Source: a virus (lineage: Duplodnaviria > Heunggongvirae > Uroviricota > Caudoviricetes). From it: 64,000 bases of DNA. The notes under the pieces were generated by a model. That model had not been told where the DNA came from. It did not search any database and was given only the letters and a program-made list of their open reading frames with translations. Each line of letters opens with the position of its first letter. Position 1 is the first letter of the stretch. Made by a program: the position numbers and the translations under genes. The stretch is from IMG/VR virus record IMGVR_UViG_3300034082_003579. One strand, 5' to 3'. Positions 48,205 to 57,403 of this stretch are shown here, in pieces.

Positions 48205-48351
48205 ATGAATAATACGTCAGATACCCCATTAAAAGCTGATCCTGTAAAGAAAGGGGCAAAACCCAATGAAACCGGATCTGTTTATATCGAAGCGTATGTA
48301 AAGATTTTTGATCCAAATACCAAAGAAGTGATGGTGGAGAAACGAGCATGA
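48205..48351 (+). CDS. 48 aa micro-protein MNNTSDTPLKADPVKKGAKPNETGSVYIEAYVKIFDPNTKEVMVEKRA
   Basis: Manual translation; own late promoter; ATGA overlap with the next gene; C-terminal half resembles the N-terminus of the next protein. Confidence 0.7.
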   Translation: MNNTSDTPLKADPVKKGAKPNETGSVYIEAYVKIFDPNTKEVMVEKRA

Positions 48352-48953
48352 TGTCCATAGGTCCCGTGACAATAGAAGGTTTTTTAAAAATTTATGATCC
48401 CAACAACGGGGAAACCTTTGTTGACAAGCACAATGCAATTCATTATGAAAACATGAGTATGGCACTGGCACAAAGTTTGGCCAATAAAAATCTTGGATAT
48501 GTGTATGCCATGGCATTTGGCAACGGCGGCAGCAGTGTAGATCCAACTGGTGTTATTACATATTTGCCGCCCAACATCACAGGACAAAATGCAGATCTTT
48601 ACAATCAGACTTTTATTAAAGTGGTAGACGGAAACAGCCCTGCTAATACCGATCCCACACGTAATAATCTTACTGTATTGCATACATCAGGGCAATTTTA
48701 CACTGATGTTCTTGTAACGTGTTTGCTAGATTATGGTGAACCTGTTGGTCAACAAGCGTTTGACAACAGCACCAATTTCAACGGCGAATACGTATTTGAC
48801 GAACTAGGCCTCAAGTCATGGGAAGGATCCAGCAGTGATCTCATGTTGATCACTCATGTAATTTTTCACCCAGTGCAAAAAAGCCTTAACAGACAAATTC
48901 AAATCGATTATACTGTGCGAATTCAAACTCTGACTAACCTGAGCACAGCATAA
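48348..48953 (+). CDS. Virion structural protein (baseplate/fibre attachment-like)
   Basis: KHNAIH..NM..ALA...FGNGG...FDELGL...HVIFHPVQKSLNR pattern; position in the tail module. Confidence 0.6.
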   Translation: MMSIGPVTIEGFLKIYDPNNGETFVDKHNAIHYENMSMALAQSLANKNLGYVYAMAFGNGGSSVDPTGVITYLPPNITGQNADLYNQTFIKVVDGNSPANTDPTRNNLTVLHTSGQFYTDVLVTCLLDYGEPVGQQAFDNSTNFNGEYVFDELGLKSWEGSSSDLMLITHVIFHPVQKSLNRQIQIDYTVRIQTLTNLSTA

Positions 48954-48981
48954 ATATGGGTACATATTCTTACCATAAATA
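48950..48981 (+). promoter_or_regulatory. Tandem late promoters ATAAATA (48950-48956 and 48975-48981)
   Basis: Two copies upstream of the gene at 49005. Confidence 0.5.
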
Positions 48982-49004
48982 TTGACAGGATGGAGTGAAA
49001 TAAA

Positions 49005-50363
49005 ATGGCATATACAATTAATCTAACTGATGGCAGCATATTTGCAACTATTGCAGATGGTACCATCAATACTGCATCAAGCATGATCTTAGTAGGTAAG
49101 AACTATGCTGGATATGGTGAATTCCTGGATGAGAACTTTATTCATCTCTTGGAAAATGGCTCCAACTCGGTAGCACCTGGCGCACCACTAACAGGTCAGC
49201 TGTGGTGGGACAAGGCCAACAGTTTGATGAAGGTCTACACAGGCACAGCCTTCAAGACTATTTCAGCTGCCACTGCCAGTGCCACTGCTCCAACCGGAAA
49301 CGTAGTTGGCGACAGCTGGTGGGATACCACAAATCAACAGTTGAAAGTATGGAACGGTGCTACTTTTACACTGATTGGTCCTGCATCGACTGCTGGACAA
49401 GGAACTTCGGGTGCAGTGGTTGACACAGTAACCGACAACGTCAGTGTTGATCATGTTGTGATCAAGATGTTTGTAAATGATGTTGTTGTGGCAATTATTT
49501 CCAAGGATGCTACATTCACTCCACAATCTGCTATATCTGGATTCGGCACCATTGGTCCAGGCATGCAGTTGAGCAGCACAGTCTCCAACAACTTGTTTAG
49601 AGGTACCAGCACTGATTCACAATCGTTGGGCGGTGTGCTAGCAGCATCATTCCTGCGGTCTGATGAAAACGATACCACCAGCGGCACACTAGGAATTTTG
49701 AACGACACAGGCTTGACAGTGGGTGCTGACCAAGACGCTAAAATTTCAGTAACAACAGCAACTTCGACTGTTAATATCCAAAATCAAACAGCGGATGCCA
49801 ACATTGCTGTTGTTGTCAACGACGGTGGAGTAACCACCACAGCCATGTTGGTTGTAGGATCAACAGCCAACGTGGGATTCCGTGGAATCACCAACCTTAA
49901 TGCTGCAGGACAAGGAAACATCGGTTCATCCGGTACTCCGTTCAACACAGTGTTTGCAACAGCTACCACAGCTTTGTATGCCGACGTTGCTGAACGATTT
50001 GCGGCAGACCAAGAGTATGCTCCTGGAACAGTAGTTGAGCTAGGCGGCACAGCAGAAATCACACGTTCCTTAGATGATTTAAGCGAAAAAGTATTCGGAG
50101 TGATAAGTACTAGAGCAGCTTATCTTATGAATTCTGGTGTAGGCACAGATGCAACTCATCCTCCCATAGCAATGACAGGTCGTGTTCCAGTTAGAGTAAC
50201 TGGTCGAATCAGCAAAGGTGATCGATTGGTGTCAGCAGGACAAGGTCAAGCACGAGCTGCTCAACCTGGCGAAGCCACAGCATTTAACGTTATTGGCCGC
50301 GCACTAGAAAACAAGACCACAACAGATGACGGCGTGATTGAAGCAATTGTCACCATCAACTGA
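49005..50363 (+). CDS. Tail fibre/spike-like protein with a C-terminal intramolecular chaperone-like domain
   Basis: GKNYAGYGE...ENF..LLENG, GQLWWD repeats and ALYADVAERF...GTVV...GRVPV...KGDRLV C-terminus. Confidence 0.7.
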   Translation: MAYTINLTDGSIFATIADGTINTASSMILVGKNYAGYGEFLDENFIHLLENGSNSVAPGAPLTGQLWWDKANSLMKVYTGTAFKTISAATASATAPTGNVVGDSWWDTTNQQLKVWNGATFTLIGPASTAGQGTSGAVVDTVTDNVSVDHVVIKMFVNDVVVAIISKDATFTPQSAISGFGTIGPGMQLSSTVSNNLFRGTSTDSQSLGGVLAASFLRSDENDTTSGTLGILNDTGLTVGADQDAKISVTTATSTVNIQNQTADANIAVVVNDGGVTTTAMLVVGSTANVGFRGITNLNAAGQGNIGSSGTPFNTVFATATTALYADVAERFAADQEYAPGTVVELGGTAEITRSLDDLSEKVFGVISTRAAYLMNSGVGTDATHPPIAMTGRVPVRVTGRISKGDRLVSAGQGQARAAQPGEATAFNVIGRALENKTTTDDGVIEAIVTIN

Positions 50364-50382
50364 TCTAATTGGAAACAAATAA

Positions 50383-51366
50383 ATGACTTATTCATCGGGC
50401 GGATTAATACAAGCAGTAGACTACAACGGATTTGTATCTACCACAGCCGGAGCCAACGTCAATGGCATCTGGGCAACTGGAGCAACTGACAAAGGTTATG
50501 GACAAACAGCATTAGCTACAGTGGCAGCAGCCGGCAGCATCACTGCTGCACAATGGGCCAGTTTGGTTAATACCATAAGCTCAATGGCCAGTCATCAAGG
50601 CACTACAATTACTGCTAGAACAGCACCGGTTGCTGGTAACACAATCAGTATCTTGGCTGCTCTAAATACAGATCTTACCACTCTCACTACCAATCGCGGC
50701 AATGCTGTAGGAACCGGTTCTCTGTTCACAGGTTGGACAGGCACATCAAGCAAGACCAGTGCCACTGGATCTGGATCTACCGCGTGGACTATTACATTTA
50801 CTCATACCATTACTTGGGCCAGTGCAGCAGCAGCCAGATATTTTTTCAATGCCGGCGGCCGTATCAAGTGGGAAACAAGCAAGACAGCCGACTCTACAGC
50901 AGCTGATACCGAATGGAACGACCTGGCAAATACTCTAGTGGGCGACATTTGGATCACTGGCGGCACTGCCACTCAAACCATTGTGGGACAAACATATACA
51001 GGCACAACCAAAGTAGGTGGCACAGGTACTCCTAACATTTTGTTGACCACAACTGGCTGGTACGATCTGCTTACAACTGATACCATTATCTATAAACAGT
51101 TTGCTGATACTTCGCCATATACAGGTCAATTTATCCAGATTTCGGCTAAAACAGCCGGTTCTGGCACACAGCTGGTGTTGACCACAGTTTGGACGGATCC
51201 TGGTGGGTCGGGTGCAGGTTCTAGTGACGACATTTCGGGCGGCACCGCCACAACCGGTGCTACATTCGGTACAGCACCGGCCACAGTGGTCACTTATCGA
51301 CCTCCGTCTACAACATACTTAACTGACACATGGGGCGCACCCACTGTGGTAGCTTCTGTTGCTTAA
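50383..51366 (+). CDS. Thr/Ala/Gly-rich virion structural protein
   Basis: W..G....GYGQ, QWASL and ARYFFNAGG.I motifs; last gene before a terminator. Confidence 0.6.
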   Translation: MTYSSGGLIQAVDYNGFVSTTAGANVNGIWATGATDKGYGQTALATVAAAGSITAAQWASLVNTISSMASHQGTTITARTAPVAGNTISILAALNTDLTTLTTNRGNAVGTGSLFTGWTGTSSKTSATGSGSTAWTITFTHTITWASAAAARYFFNAGGRIKWETSKTADSTAADTEWNDLANTLVGDIWITGGTATQTIVGQTYTGTTKVGGTGTPNILLTTTGWYDLLTTDTIIYKQFADTSPYTGQFIQISAKTAGSGTQLVLTTVWTDPGGSGAGSSDDISGGTATTGATFGTAPATVVTYRPPSTTYLTDTWGAPTVVASVA

Positions 51367-51387
51367 TTACAACTCCAAGTAATTTAG

Positions 51388-51418
51388 GTAAAGGACTCAA
51401 AATAAGTCCTTTACTTTT
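51388..51418 (+). terminator. Rho-independent terminator closing the tail module
   Basis: GTAAAGGACT-7 nt loop-AGTCCTTTAC followed by TTTT. Confidence 0.8.
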
Positions 51419-51438
51419 GTCCTGTTCCCCTGTATAAT
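51410..51438 (+). promoter_or_regulatory. Sigma70/early-type promoter TTTACT-17-TATAAT heading the modification island
   Basis: -35 at 51410-51415 (inside the terminator stem), -10 at 51433-51438, 6 nt before the ATG at 51445. Confidence 0.6.
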
Positions 51439-51444
51439 AAAACG

Positions 51445-51753
51445 ATGAATACTGACGATCTTGTTACTCAAGCACGCAGCCGTTTTGATCATGCAGCGGC
51501 TCGACGTGTGTTGAAAGAAAAGTACGAAGCTAAAATGCTGTTTGCGCACGCCGGCGGTATGTGGCGTGCTGGTCCAGAATTACACGCAATGATTTTTACC
51601 TGCGGTCGCATGGGAGAAATTGTTTTACCAGATTTATACGAAACGCCAGTTAAAGTCAATTCTGTTGAACTAATGAAGCTGAGTCAGGAACGATGGAATG
51701 AACAAATGAATGCTTGGCTAGTTGAATACGAAACGTTATCTCAACAACGATGA
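51445..51753 (+). CDS. Hypothetical protein
   Basis: 102 aa ORF, ATGA-coupled to the next gene. Confidence 0.7.
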   Translation: MNTDDLVTQARSRFDHAAARRVLKEKYEAKMLFAHAGGMWRAGPELHAMIFTCGRMGEIVLPDLYETPVKVNSVELMKLSQERWNEQMNAWLVEYETLSQQR

Positions 51754-52553
51754 TGCGTGGCGTAGTTATATTTGCTTACAATAGTGGTGATATTGATTAT
51801 CAAGCAATGGCAGCTTGGAGTGCTAGACGTATTGCCAAACACCTGGGATTGCCAACCACGCTAATAACTGATGTTGTGCCTGCTGACTCAACTGCGTTCA
51901 AAGATGTTGTTGTAACCACTGCCGAGTCCGGTGGCACCAGATACTTTAGTGATATTGGTCACAATGTCTCTTGGTTCAACGGCAATCGTATGGATGTGTA
52001 TAATCTGAGCCCTTACGACGAAACACTAGTGCTAGACGCTGACTATGTTGTCTGCAGCGATCAATTAAATCTGTTGTTTGAAATGCCGCAGGATTTTTTA
52101 GCACCAATCACAGCATATGATGTTACTGGCATACGCACCTTCGATGATTTAAATTGGTTTGGCTTGCATCGCATGCCCATGGCCTGGGCCACAGTCATGA
52201 GATTTAGGCGATCCTTGTTGAGTAAAAGTGTGTTTGAAATGATGCGTATGATTCGAGAAAATTGGCAACACTACCGAAATCTCTATGGCATCGCTCGATC
52301 AACTTATCGCAACGACCATGCCTTGAGTATAGCTCTAAATACCTTGCATGGACATCAAGGACACTGGCCCACTGTACCATGGAAACTGGCCAGTGTAGTG
52401 CCAGAGCATGGACTAGAACAAATCTCTACTGATCAGTTTCGAGTTTCATACACAACCAGTAATAATAAACTACACCACGTTGTGATTGCAGGACAAGATT
52501 TTCATGCCATGGGAAAACGGCATTTAGGAGACATCATTGCCAGTGCTAGCTGA
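51750..52553 (+). CDS. GT-A fold glycosyltransferase-like protein (GT8-like)
   Basis: SPYDETLVLDADY DxD motif, RNDHALSIA and a C-terminal H..GK. Confidence 0.65.
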   Translation: MMRGVVIFAYNSGDIDYQAMAAWSARRIAKHLGLPTTLITDVVPADSTAFKDVVVTTAESGGTRYFSDIGHNVSWFNGNRMDVYNLSPYDETLVLDADYVVCSDQLNLLFEMPQDFLAPITAYDVTGIRTFDDLNWFGLHRMPMAWATVMRFRRSLLSKSVFEMMRMIRENWQHYRNLYGIARSTYRNDHALSIALNTLHGHQGHWPTVPWKLASVVPEHGLEQISTDQFRVSYTTSNNKLHHVVIAGQDFHAMGKRHLGDIIASAS

Positions 52554-53331
52554 ACGCGGATACTTGATTGTTGCTGTCAACACAGACACAACTGATTACA
52601 TCGCCTGTGCTCGTCGATTGAATGCCAGCCTCAAGCATTGGCATCCCACAGTGCAGACCTGTTTGTTGACTGATCAACCGCAGGACTTGCCTGAATTTGA
52701 TCATGTGATAACCTTACCGTTGGGTGACCAATCTGTCGAGCAGTTGTGGAAGCTCAACAACGATTGGCAAGCAGGTATAGCAACTCCTTTTAGGCAAACA
52801 ATCAAACTAGAAGCTGACATGTTGGTTACCAGTCCTGTTGACCATTGGTGGACCATGTTACAGCATCGCGATGTGGTAATCTCTACCGGTGCTCGAGACT
52901 ACTACGGCACAGTTACCAGCAACAGATACTACAGAAAAGTGTTTGATTCGAATCATTTACCTGACGTTTATAACGCAGTGACTTATTGGCGACTAAGCCA
53001 AACTGCCACAAACTTCTGGCGCCTGGTAAGAAGAATTTTTGAAAACTGGAACCAGTACAAAACTTTATTAAAGTTTCCCGAAGACACTGCCACTACTGAC
53101 CTGGTCTATGCTGTGGCAGCGCAAATCATCGGTCCCGAACTGGTCACAATGCCGTTTGCTACTTACCCGCGTATAGTACACATGAAGCGTAGAATAATAG
53201 GTACTCGAACAGATGACTGGACACAGGAACTGGTATGGGAATATGACCAAGGTCAGTTGCGAATCAATACTGTAGCACAACACGGACTATTTCATTACAA
53301 TATAAAAACTTGGAACCCGGATGAACAATAA
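52537..53331 (+). CDS. GT-A fold glycosyltransferase-like protein, paralog of the previous gene
   Basis: TPFRQTIKLEADML (ExD), YNAVTYW and FHY. Confidence 0.6.
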   Translation: MPVLAERGYLIVAVNTDTTDYIACARRLNASLKHWHPTVQTCLLTDQPQDLPEFDHVITLPLGDQSVEQLWKLNNDWQAGIATPFRQTIKLEADMLVTSPVDHWWTMLQHRDVVISTGARDYYGTVTSNRYYRKVFDSNHLPDVYNAVTYWRLSQTATNFWRLVRRIFENWNQYKTLLKFPEDTATTDLVYAVAAQIIGPELVTMPFATYPRIVHMKRRIIGTRTDDWTQELVWEYDQGQLRINTVAQHGLFHYNIKTWNPDEQ

Positions 53332-53665
53332 CGAAATCTTCGAAGATTTTTGGAAAACTTATGTTTGGCCAGAACCTGCTCCAATATTTTATCGACTGTA
53401 TTACAACGATGCCGGTGAGCCAATAGCGTACAGCATGGAAGACCAGCCAGGTAAGTACATTGAGATCACAGCAGAGCAATTTGCTGTCAGCGATCCGCAT
53501 GTGCGTGTCAAGAATGGACAGTTAATCAAGCCGACCGCTCGCACAGTTTCTAAACTAATACCTGCTGTTGACGGAACTCCTTGCCACATTTCTAATGTGG
53601 CTATTGTAGTTGATGACACAGCACCCAATCAAAAATGGAAATTAAAAAACTATGACAACAGTTGA
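53321..53665 (+). CDS. Hypothetical protein
   Basis: 114 aa ORF overlapping both neighbours. Confidence 0.65.
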   Translation: MNNNEIFEDFWKTYVWPEPAPIFYRLYYNDAGEPIAYSMEDQPGKYIEITAEQFAVSDPHVRVKNGQLIKPTARTVSKLIPAVDGTPCHISNVAIVVDDTAPNQKWKLKNYDNS

Positions 53666-54578
53666 CATAGCAGACTTGGATGTGATTTATCTCACGTACG
53701 ACGAACCACAGAAAGAAGAATTCTGGGTCAAAATCAAAAATCAAATACCCTGGGCTCAACGTGTGGATGGCGTCAAAGGCAGCGACGCAGCACACAAAGC
53801 TGCGGCTGAGGCCAGCAGCACTGAAAGATTTGTTCTCATTGACGGCGACAACATGCCGGACTGGGAATTTTTTAACTTAACACTTTCTTATCCCTCTGCA
53901 GAATATGAAAAGGCAGTGTATCGCTGGCGTGCCCGTAATCACATCAACGGGCTCATGTACGGTAACGGTGGCATCAGTTCCTGGACTCGAGATCATGTGC
54001 TCAACATGAAAACACACGAGAACACCGACGGTCGCGACGAAACAGTAGTTGAATTTTGCTTTGACCCTGCATATTGGTCCATGCACGATTGCTATTCAAC
54101 CACACATCCCAACGGCAGTCCCAAACATGCCTGGCGTGCCGGTTTCAGAGAAGGTGTCAAGATGTGCTTAGACAAAGGTCGAAAGCCCACGTTAACTGAA
54201 TTTCGAGATCGTGTTCATCGTCGCAATTTAGATCATCTTAGTGTATGGCACAATGTAGGTGCAGACGTTGAACAAGGTGCATGGGCCATAGCCGGCGCCA
54301 GAATGGGTACGTACAAGGCCATGTTAACTGATTGGGATTATCGTGAAGTGCAATGGTTTGATGCATTAGATGCTATTTGGCAAGATACACACGGACGAGA
54401 CCCTGCTGAAGTTATTCAAACATATCAGGATGCACTATACACACAATTGGACTTGCCCATGTGCATGTTAAACAATCAACAAAGTCGATTCTTCAAGCAT
54501 CATTATCGCGGAAACTGGCATAATCAAGGTGTCATGGTAAGAGAAATTGATGTAATTCGGAAACAAGAAGGATGGTGA
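53652..54578 (+). CDS. Glycosyltransferase-like protein (GT-A)
   Basis: YLTYDEP, RVDGVKG..AAH, VLIDGDN DxD motif and AWRAGFREGVK. Confidence 0.6.
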   Translation: MTTVDIADLDVIYLTYDEPQKEEFWVKIKNQIPWAQRVDGVKGSDAAHKAAAEASSTERFVLIDGDNMPDWEFFNLTLSYPSAEYEKAVYRWRARNHINGLMYGNGGISSWTRDHVLNMKTHENTDGRDETVVEFCFDPAYWSMHDCYSTTHPNGSPKHAWRAGFREGVKMCLDKGRKPTLTEFRDRVHRRNLDHLSVWHNVGADVEQGAWAIAGARMGTYKAMLTDWDYREVQWFDALDAIWQDTHGRDPAEVIQTYQDALYTQLDLPMCMLNNQQSRFFKHHYRGNWHNQGVMVREIDVIRKQEGW

Positions 54579-55183
54579 ACAATATAATTGCGCAATCTCA
54601 AAATAAAAATATTTTGATTATAGGTTCGCCAAGATCGGGTACACATCCAATGGGTTCGATGATAAAGAAAGAAAAAAATGCTCTAAATTATCTAGGAGAA
54701 ATTGCAATGAGTCAGTGCTCAAAAACACCCTGGAGAGATTTTGATCCTTTTTTATCTATATCAGCAAGACCGATGTTAGCACACGCAGTACAGCTCAATG
54801 GCAAAATTGGAATCTTACCAAAAATTAAACAATTAAAGGAAAATTCGTATATTGTTAATATAAGACGTAGAGATAAAGTCAAGCAGTTTGCTAGTTGGAT
54901 TTATTTTAAATCAATAGGAGCCATTTATCACTTTGATCATCAATTTCAGGATTATGTTGCCCCAAAGTCTTATTGTGTAAGTTACAATGATATAGAGCAA
55001 TTTATTATAGAACAACTAATAGACGATCAATTTCAAGCAGACACGACGTTGTACTACGAAGACATAGATTTTACAAAATCGACAATCAAAAAAAATTCTT
55101 ATGCATTTTTACCAGAGTTAATGATAGAAAATCTAGATGAAGTAAAATTTTATTTGTCCGACTGGAAATATCCAATTAATTAA
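54572..55183 (+). CDS. Sulfotransferase-like protein (Stf0-type)
   Basis: IIGSPRSGT 5'-PSB loop and IRRRDKVKQFASW 3'-PB-like motif; visibly AT-rich. Confidence 0.6.
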   Translation: MVNNIIAQSQNKNILIIGSPRSGTHPMGSMIKKEKNALNYLGEIAMSQCSKTPWRDFDPFLSISARPMLAHAVQLNGKIGILPKIKQLKENSYIVNIRRRDKVKQFASWIYFKSIGAIYHFDHQFQDYVAPKSYCVSYNDIEQFIIEQLIDDQFQADTTLYYEDIDFTKSTIKKNSYAFLPELMIENLDEVKFYLSDWKYPIN

Positions 55184-55195
55184 GGAGTTGATAAT

Positions 55196-56002
55196 ATGGC
55201 ACAAAAAATATTAATAATGGGACTTCCTGGCGCAGGAAAAACTACACTAGCAACAGCATTAAAAAATCACGTTGAGGATATTAAATACGAAGGATTCGGC
55301 ATTACAGTCGATTGGTTTAATGCTGACGAAGTACGCAAGAAATTCAATGACTGGGACTTTACCGAAACTGGACGCATTCGTCAAAGTCTCAGAATGGCAG
55401 AATTAGCAGAACAGTCTGCTGCCGATTATGTTATTTGCGACTTTGTTGCTCCGTTAGTGGAAATGCGCAATAACTTTAAAGCAGACTGGACAGTCTGGAT
55501 GGATACAATTGAGCAAGGGCGATACGAAGATACCAACAAGGCCTTTATCCCACCTACTGTATATGACTTTAGAATAATCGAACAAGATGCTGCCAAATGG
55601 TCAGTGTTTGTTGCTGATCACATTTTGTCTAATCAGCGTCGTCCAGTGTTTGACTGGCGCAAAGAAACAGTGCAGATGTTGGGACGCTGGCAACCTTGGC
55701 ATCCGGGACATCGTGCTCTGTTTGAAAGACTACTTGCAAAAACTGGACAGGTCGTTATTCAAATACGTGACGTGCAAGGATGGCAAGGTTCTAACCCATT
55801 TGGTCTAGAAGAAGTTAAACAGCGTATCAGACACGACTTAGATCCCTTGTACCAAGGACAGTACGAAATACAAGTGGTTCCCAATATTGTACACATTGGA
55901 TGGGGGCGTGGAGTAGGATATACATCTGGTGAGGAAACATTTGACAAAGAAATTACCCAAATATCTGGAACTGAAATTCGACAACAGATGGGGCTAAATT
56001 AA
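55196..56002 (+). CDS. Adenylylsulfate kinase-like domain fused to an HxGH nucleotidyltransferase domain
   Basis: MGLPGAGKTT P-loop, NADEVR, R.RQ..RM and ICDFVAP (CysC-like); C-terminal LGRWQPWHPGH. Confidence 0.75.
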   Translation: MAQKILIMGLPGAGKTTLATALKNHVEDIKYEGFGITVDWFNADEVRKKFNDWDFTETGRIRQSLRMAELAEQSAADYVICDFVAPLVEMRNNFKADWTVWMDTIEQGRYEDTNKAFIPPTVYDFRIIEQDAAKWSVFVADHILSNQRRPVFDWRKETVQMLGRWQPWHPGHRALFERLLAKTGQVVIQIRDVQGWQGSNPFGLEEVKQRIRHDLDPLYQGQYEIQVVPNIVHIGWGRGVGYTSGEETFDKEITQISGTEIRQQMGLN

Positions 56003-57403
56003 GTGTCAAATAAGGGAGACAAATTGTTTGACAACAAAAGTCGATTCATGAGTTCAGCAGAACAAATGAAACAAGAACTCGGTACAGGATTATGCTTGGC
56101 CAAATGGAAACAAGTTAGCTTGCACTTGCCTACTGGGTTGAACAATTCATGCTATCATCCTCCTTTGCATGCCATTGATGCCACGCTACTGGAAGACAAC
56201 CCAGGTGCATTACACAATACACTATTCAAGAAAGAACAGCGCAAAATCATGTTACGCCAGGAACGTCCTGCAGAATGTAGTTACTGTTGGAACATTGAAG
56301 ATACTGGTAACCTAAGTGATCGTCACTATCGATCTGGAGAGCCTTGGGCTGCTGATGCATTAGATTTTGTTAAAAACTCAACCGGAGATGAAGATGTCGT
56401 TCCTAGTTATGTGGAGGTTAATTTTAATCACGCTTGTAATCTTGCTTGTAGTTATTGCAGTCCTCAATTTAGTTCCACATGGGAACAAGAAATTAACCGT
56501 CTGGGCGGATACCCTACGAGTCGTATTCACAACGATCCTAGTCATTTTACTGGCCGTAACCGGCCTATTCCTGCTAGGGACGCTAATCCTTACGTAGAAG
56601 CATTTTGGCGATGGTGGCCTACACTATATCCACAGTTGAAACATTTTCGTATGACCGGCGGCGAACCACTTATGGATAAGAATACCTACCGGGTGTTTGA
56701 CTATGTGCTGGCCTTGCCCAATCCTGACCTGCATTTAAATGTTACCAGCAACTTCAGTGTCGAAACTGGCTTGTTTGAAAAGTATATTGGTTATGTAAAA
56801 CAATTATGCAATACACAAATCGAACACTTTATGCAGTATGTTAGTCTCGATAGTGGCAATGCACATCAAGCTGAATATATTAGACATGGTATGAATTACG
56901 ATCGTGTAATGGCTTACTCACATCACTTCTTGTTTGAAATCCCTAATCGCAACAGCCTTACATTTATTATCACAATGAATAATCTCAGTATTTTAGGTTT
57001 GCAAAAGCTACTAGAAGATATATTAGCAATGCGCAGAGCATATAGCAAAACTTATCAACGTGTGTGGTTTGACACACCGTTGCTGCGTCAACCTGCTTGG
57101 CAAAGTCTACAAATACTTCCGCCCGCGTATGCTGGAATTTTGGAACGTGTAGCAGACTGGATGGAATTAAATTTAGAAACCCCAGAGGATCCTTTCCACG
57201 GTTTCAAAGACTACGAAGTGCAGCGTATGCGTCGAGACATTGCCTGGATGCGATCTGGAACTGATTGTGTTGCAGAAAAGAAAGCAGACTTTTATAAGTT
57301 TTTTAGTGAGCATGATCGTCGACGTGGAACTAATTTTTTAAAAACATTTCCTGAAATGACCACCTGGTGGAAGGAGTGCGAAGCACATGCTCGGTCCGCG
57401 TAA
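56003..57403 (+). CDS. Radical SAM protein with an N-terminal Twitch-like cluster
   Basis: CLAKW...SCYHP...CSYCW..E, CNLACSYC and TGGEP. Confidence 0.9.
   Translation: MSNKGDKLFDNKSRFMSSAEQMKQELGTGLCLAKWKQVSLHLPTGLNNSCYHPPLHAIDATLLEDNPGALHNTLFKKEQRKIMLRQERPAECSYCWNIEDTGNLSDRHYRSGEPWAADALDFVKNSTGDEDVVPSYVEVNFNHACNLACSYCSPQFSSTWEQEINRLGGYPTSRIHNDPSHFTGRNRPIPARDANPYVEAFWRWWPTLYPQLKHFRMTGGEPLMDKNTYRVFDYVLALPNPDLHLNVTSNFSVETGLFEKYIGYVKQLCNTQIEHFMQYVSLDSGNAHQAEYIRHGMNYDRVMAYSHHFLFEIPNRNSLTFIITMNNLSILGLQKLLEDILAMRRAYSKTYQRVWFDTPLLRQPAWQSLQILPPAYAGILERVADWMELNLETPEDPFHGFKDYEVQRMRRDIAWMRSGTDCVAEKKADFYKFFSEHDRRRGTNFLKTFPEMTTWWKECEAHARSA

Noticed and set aside
55196-56002. Calling this gene cysC as an auxiliary sulfur-assimilation gene
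   Set aside because: There are no reductase genes nearby and the context is sulfotransferase and glycosyltransferase, so no gene symbol was assigned.
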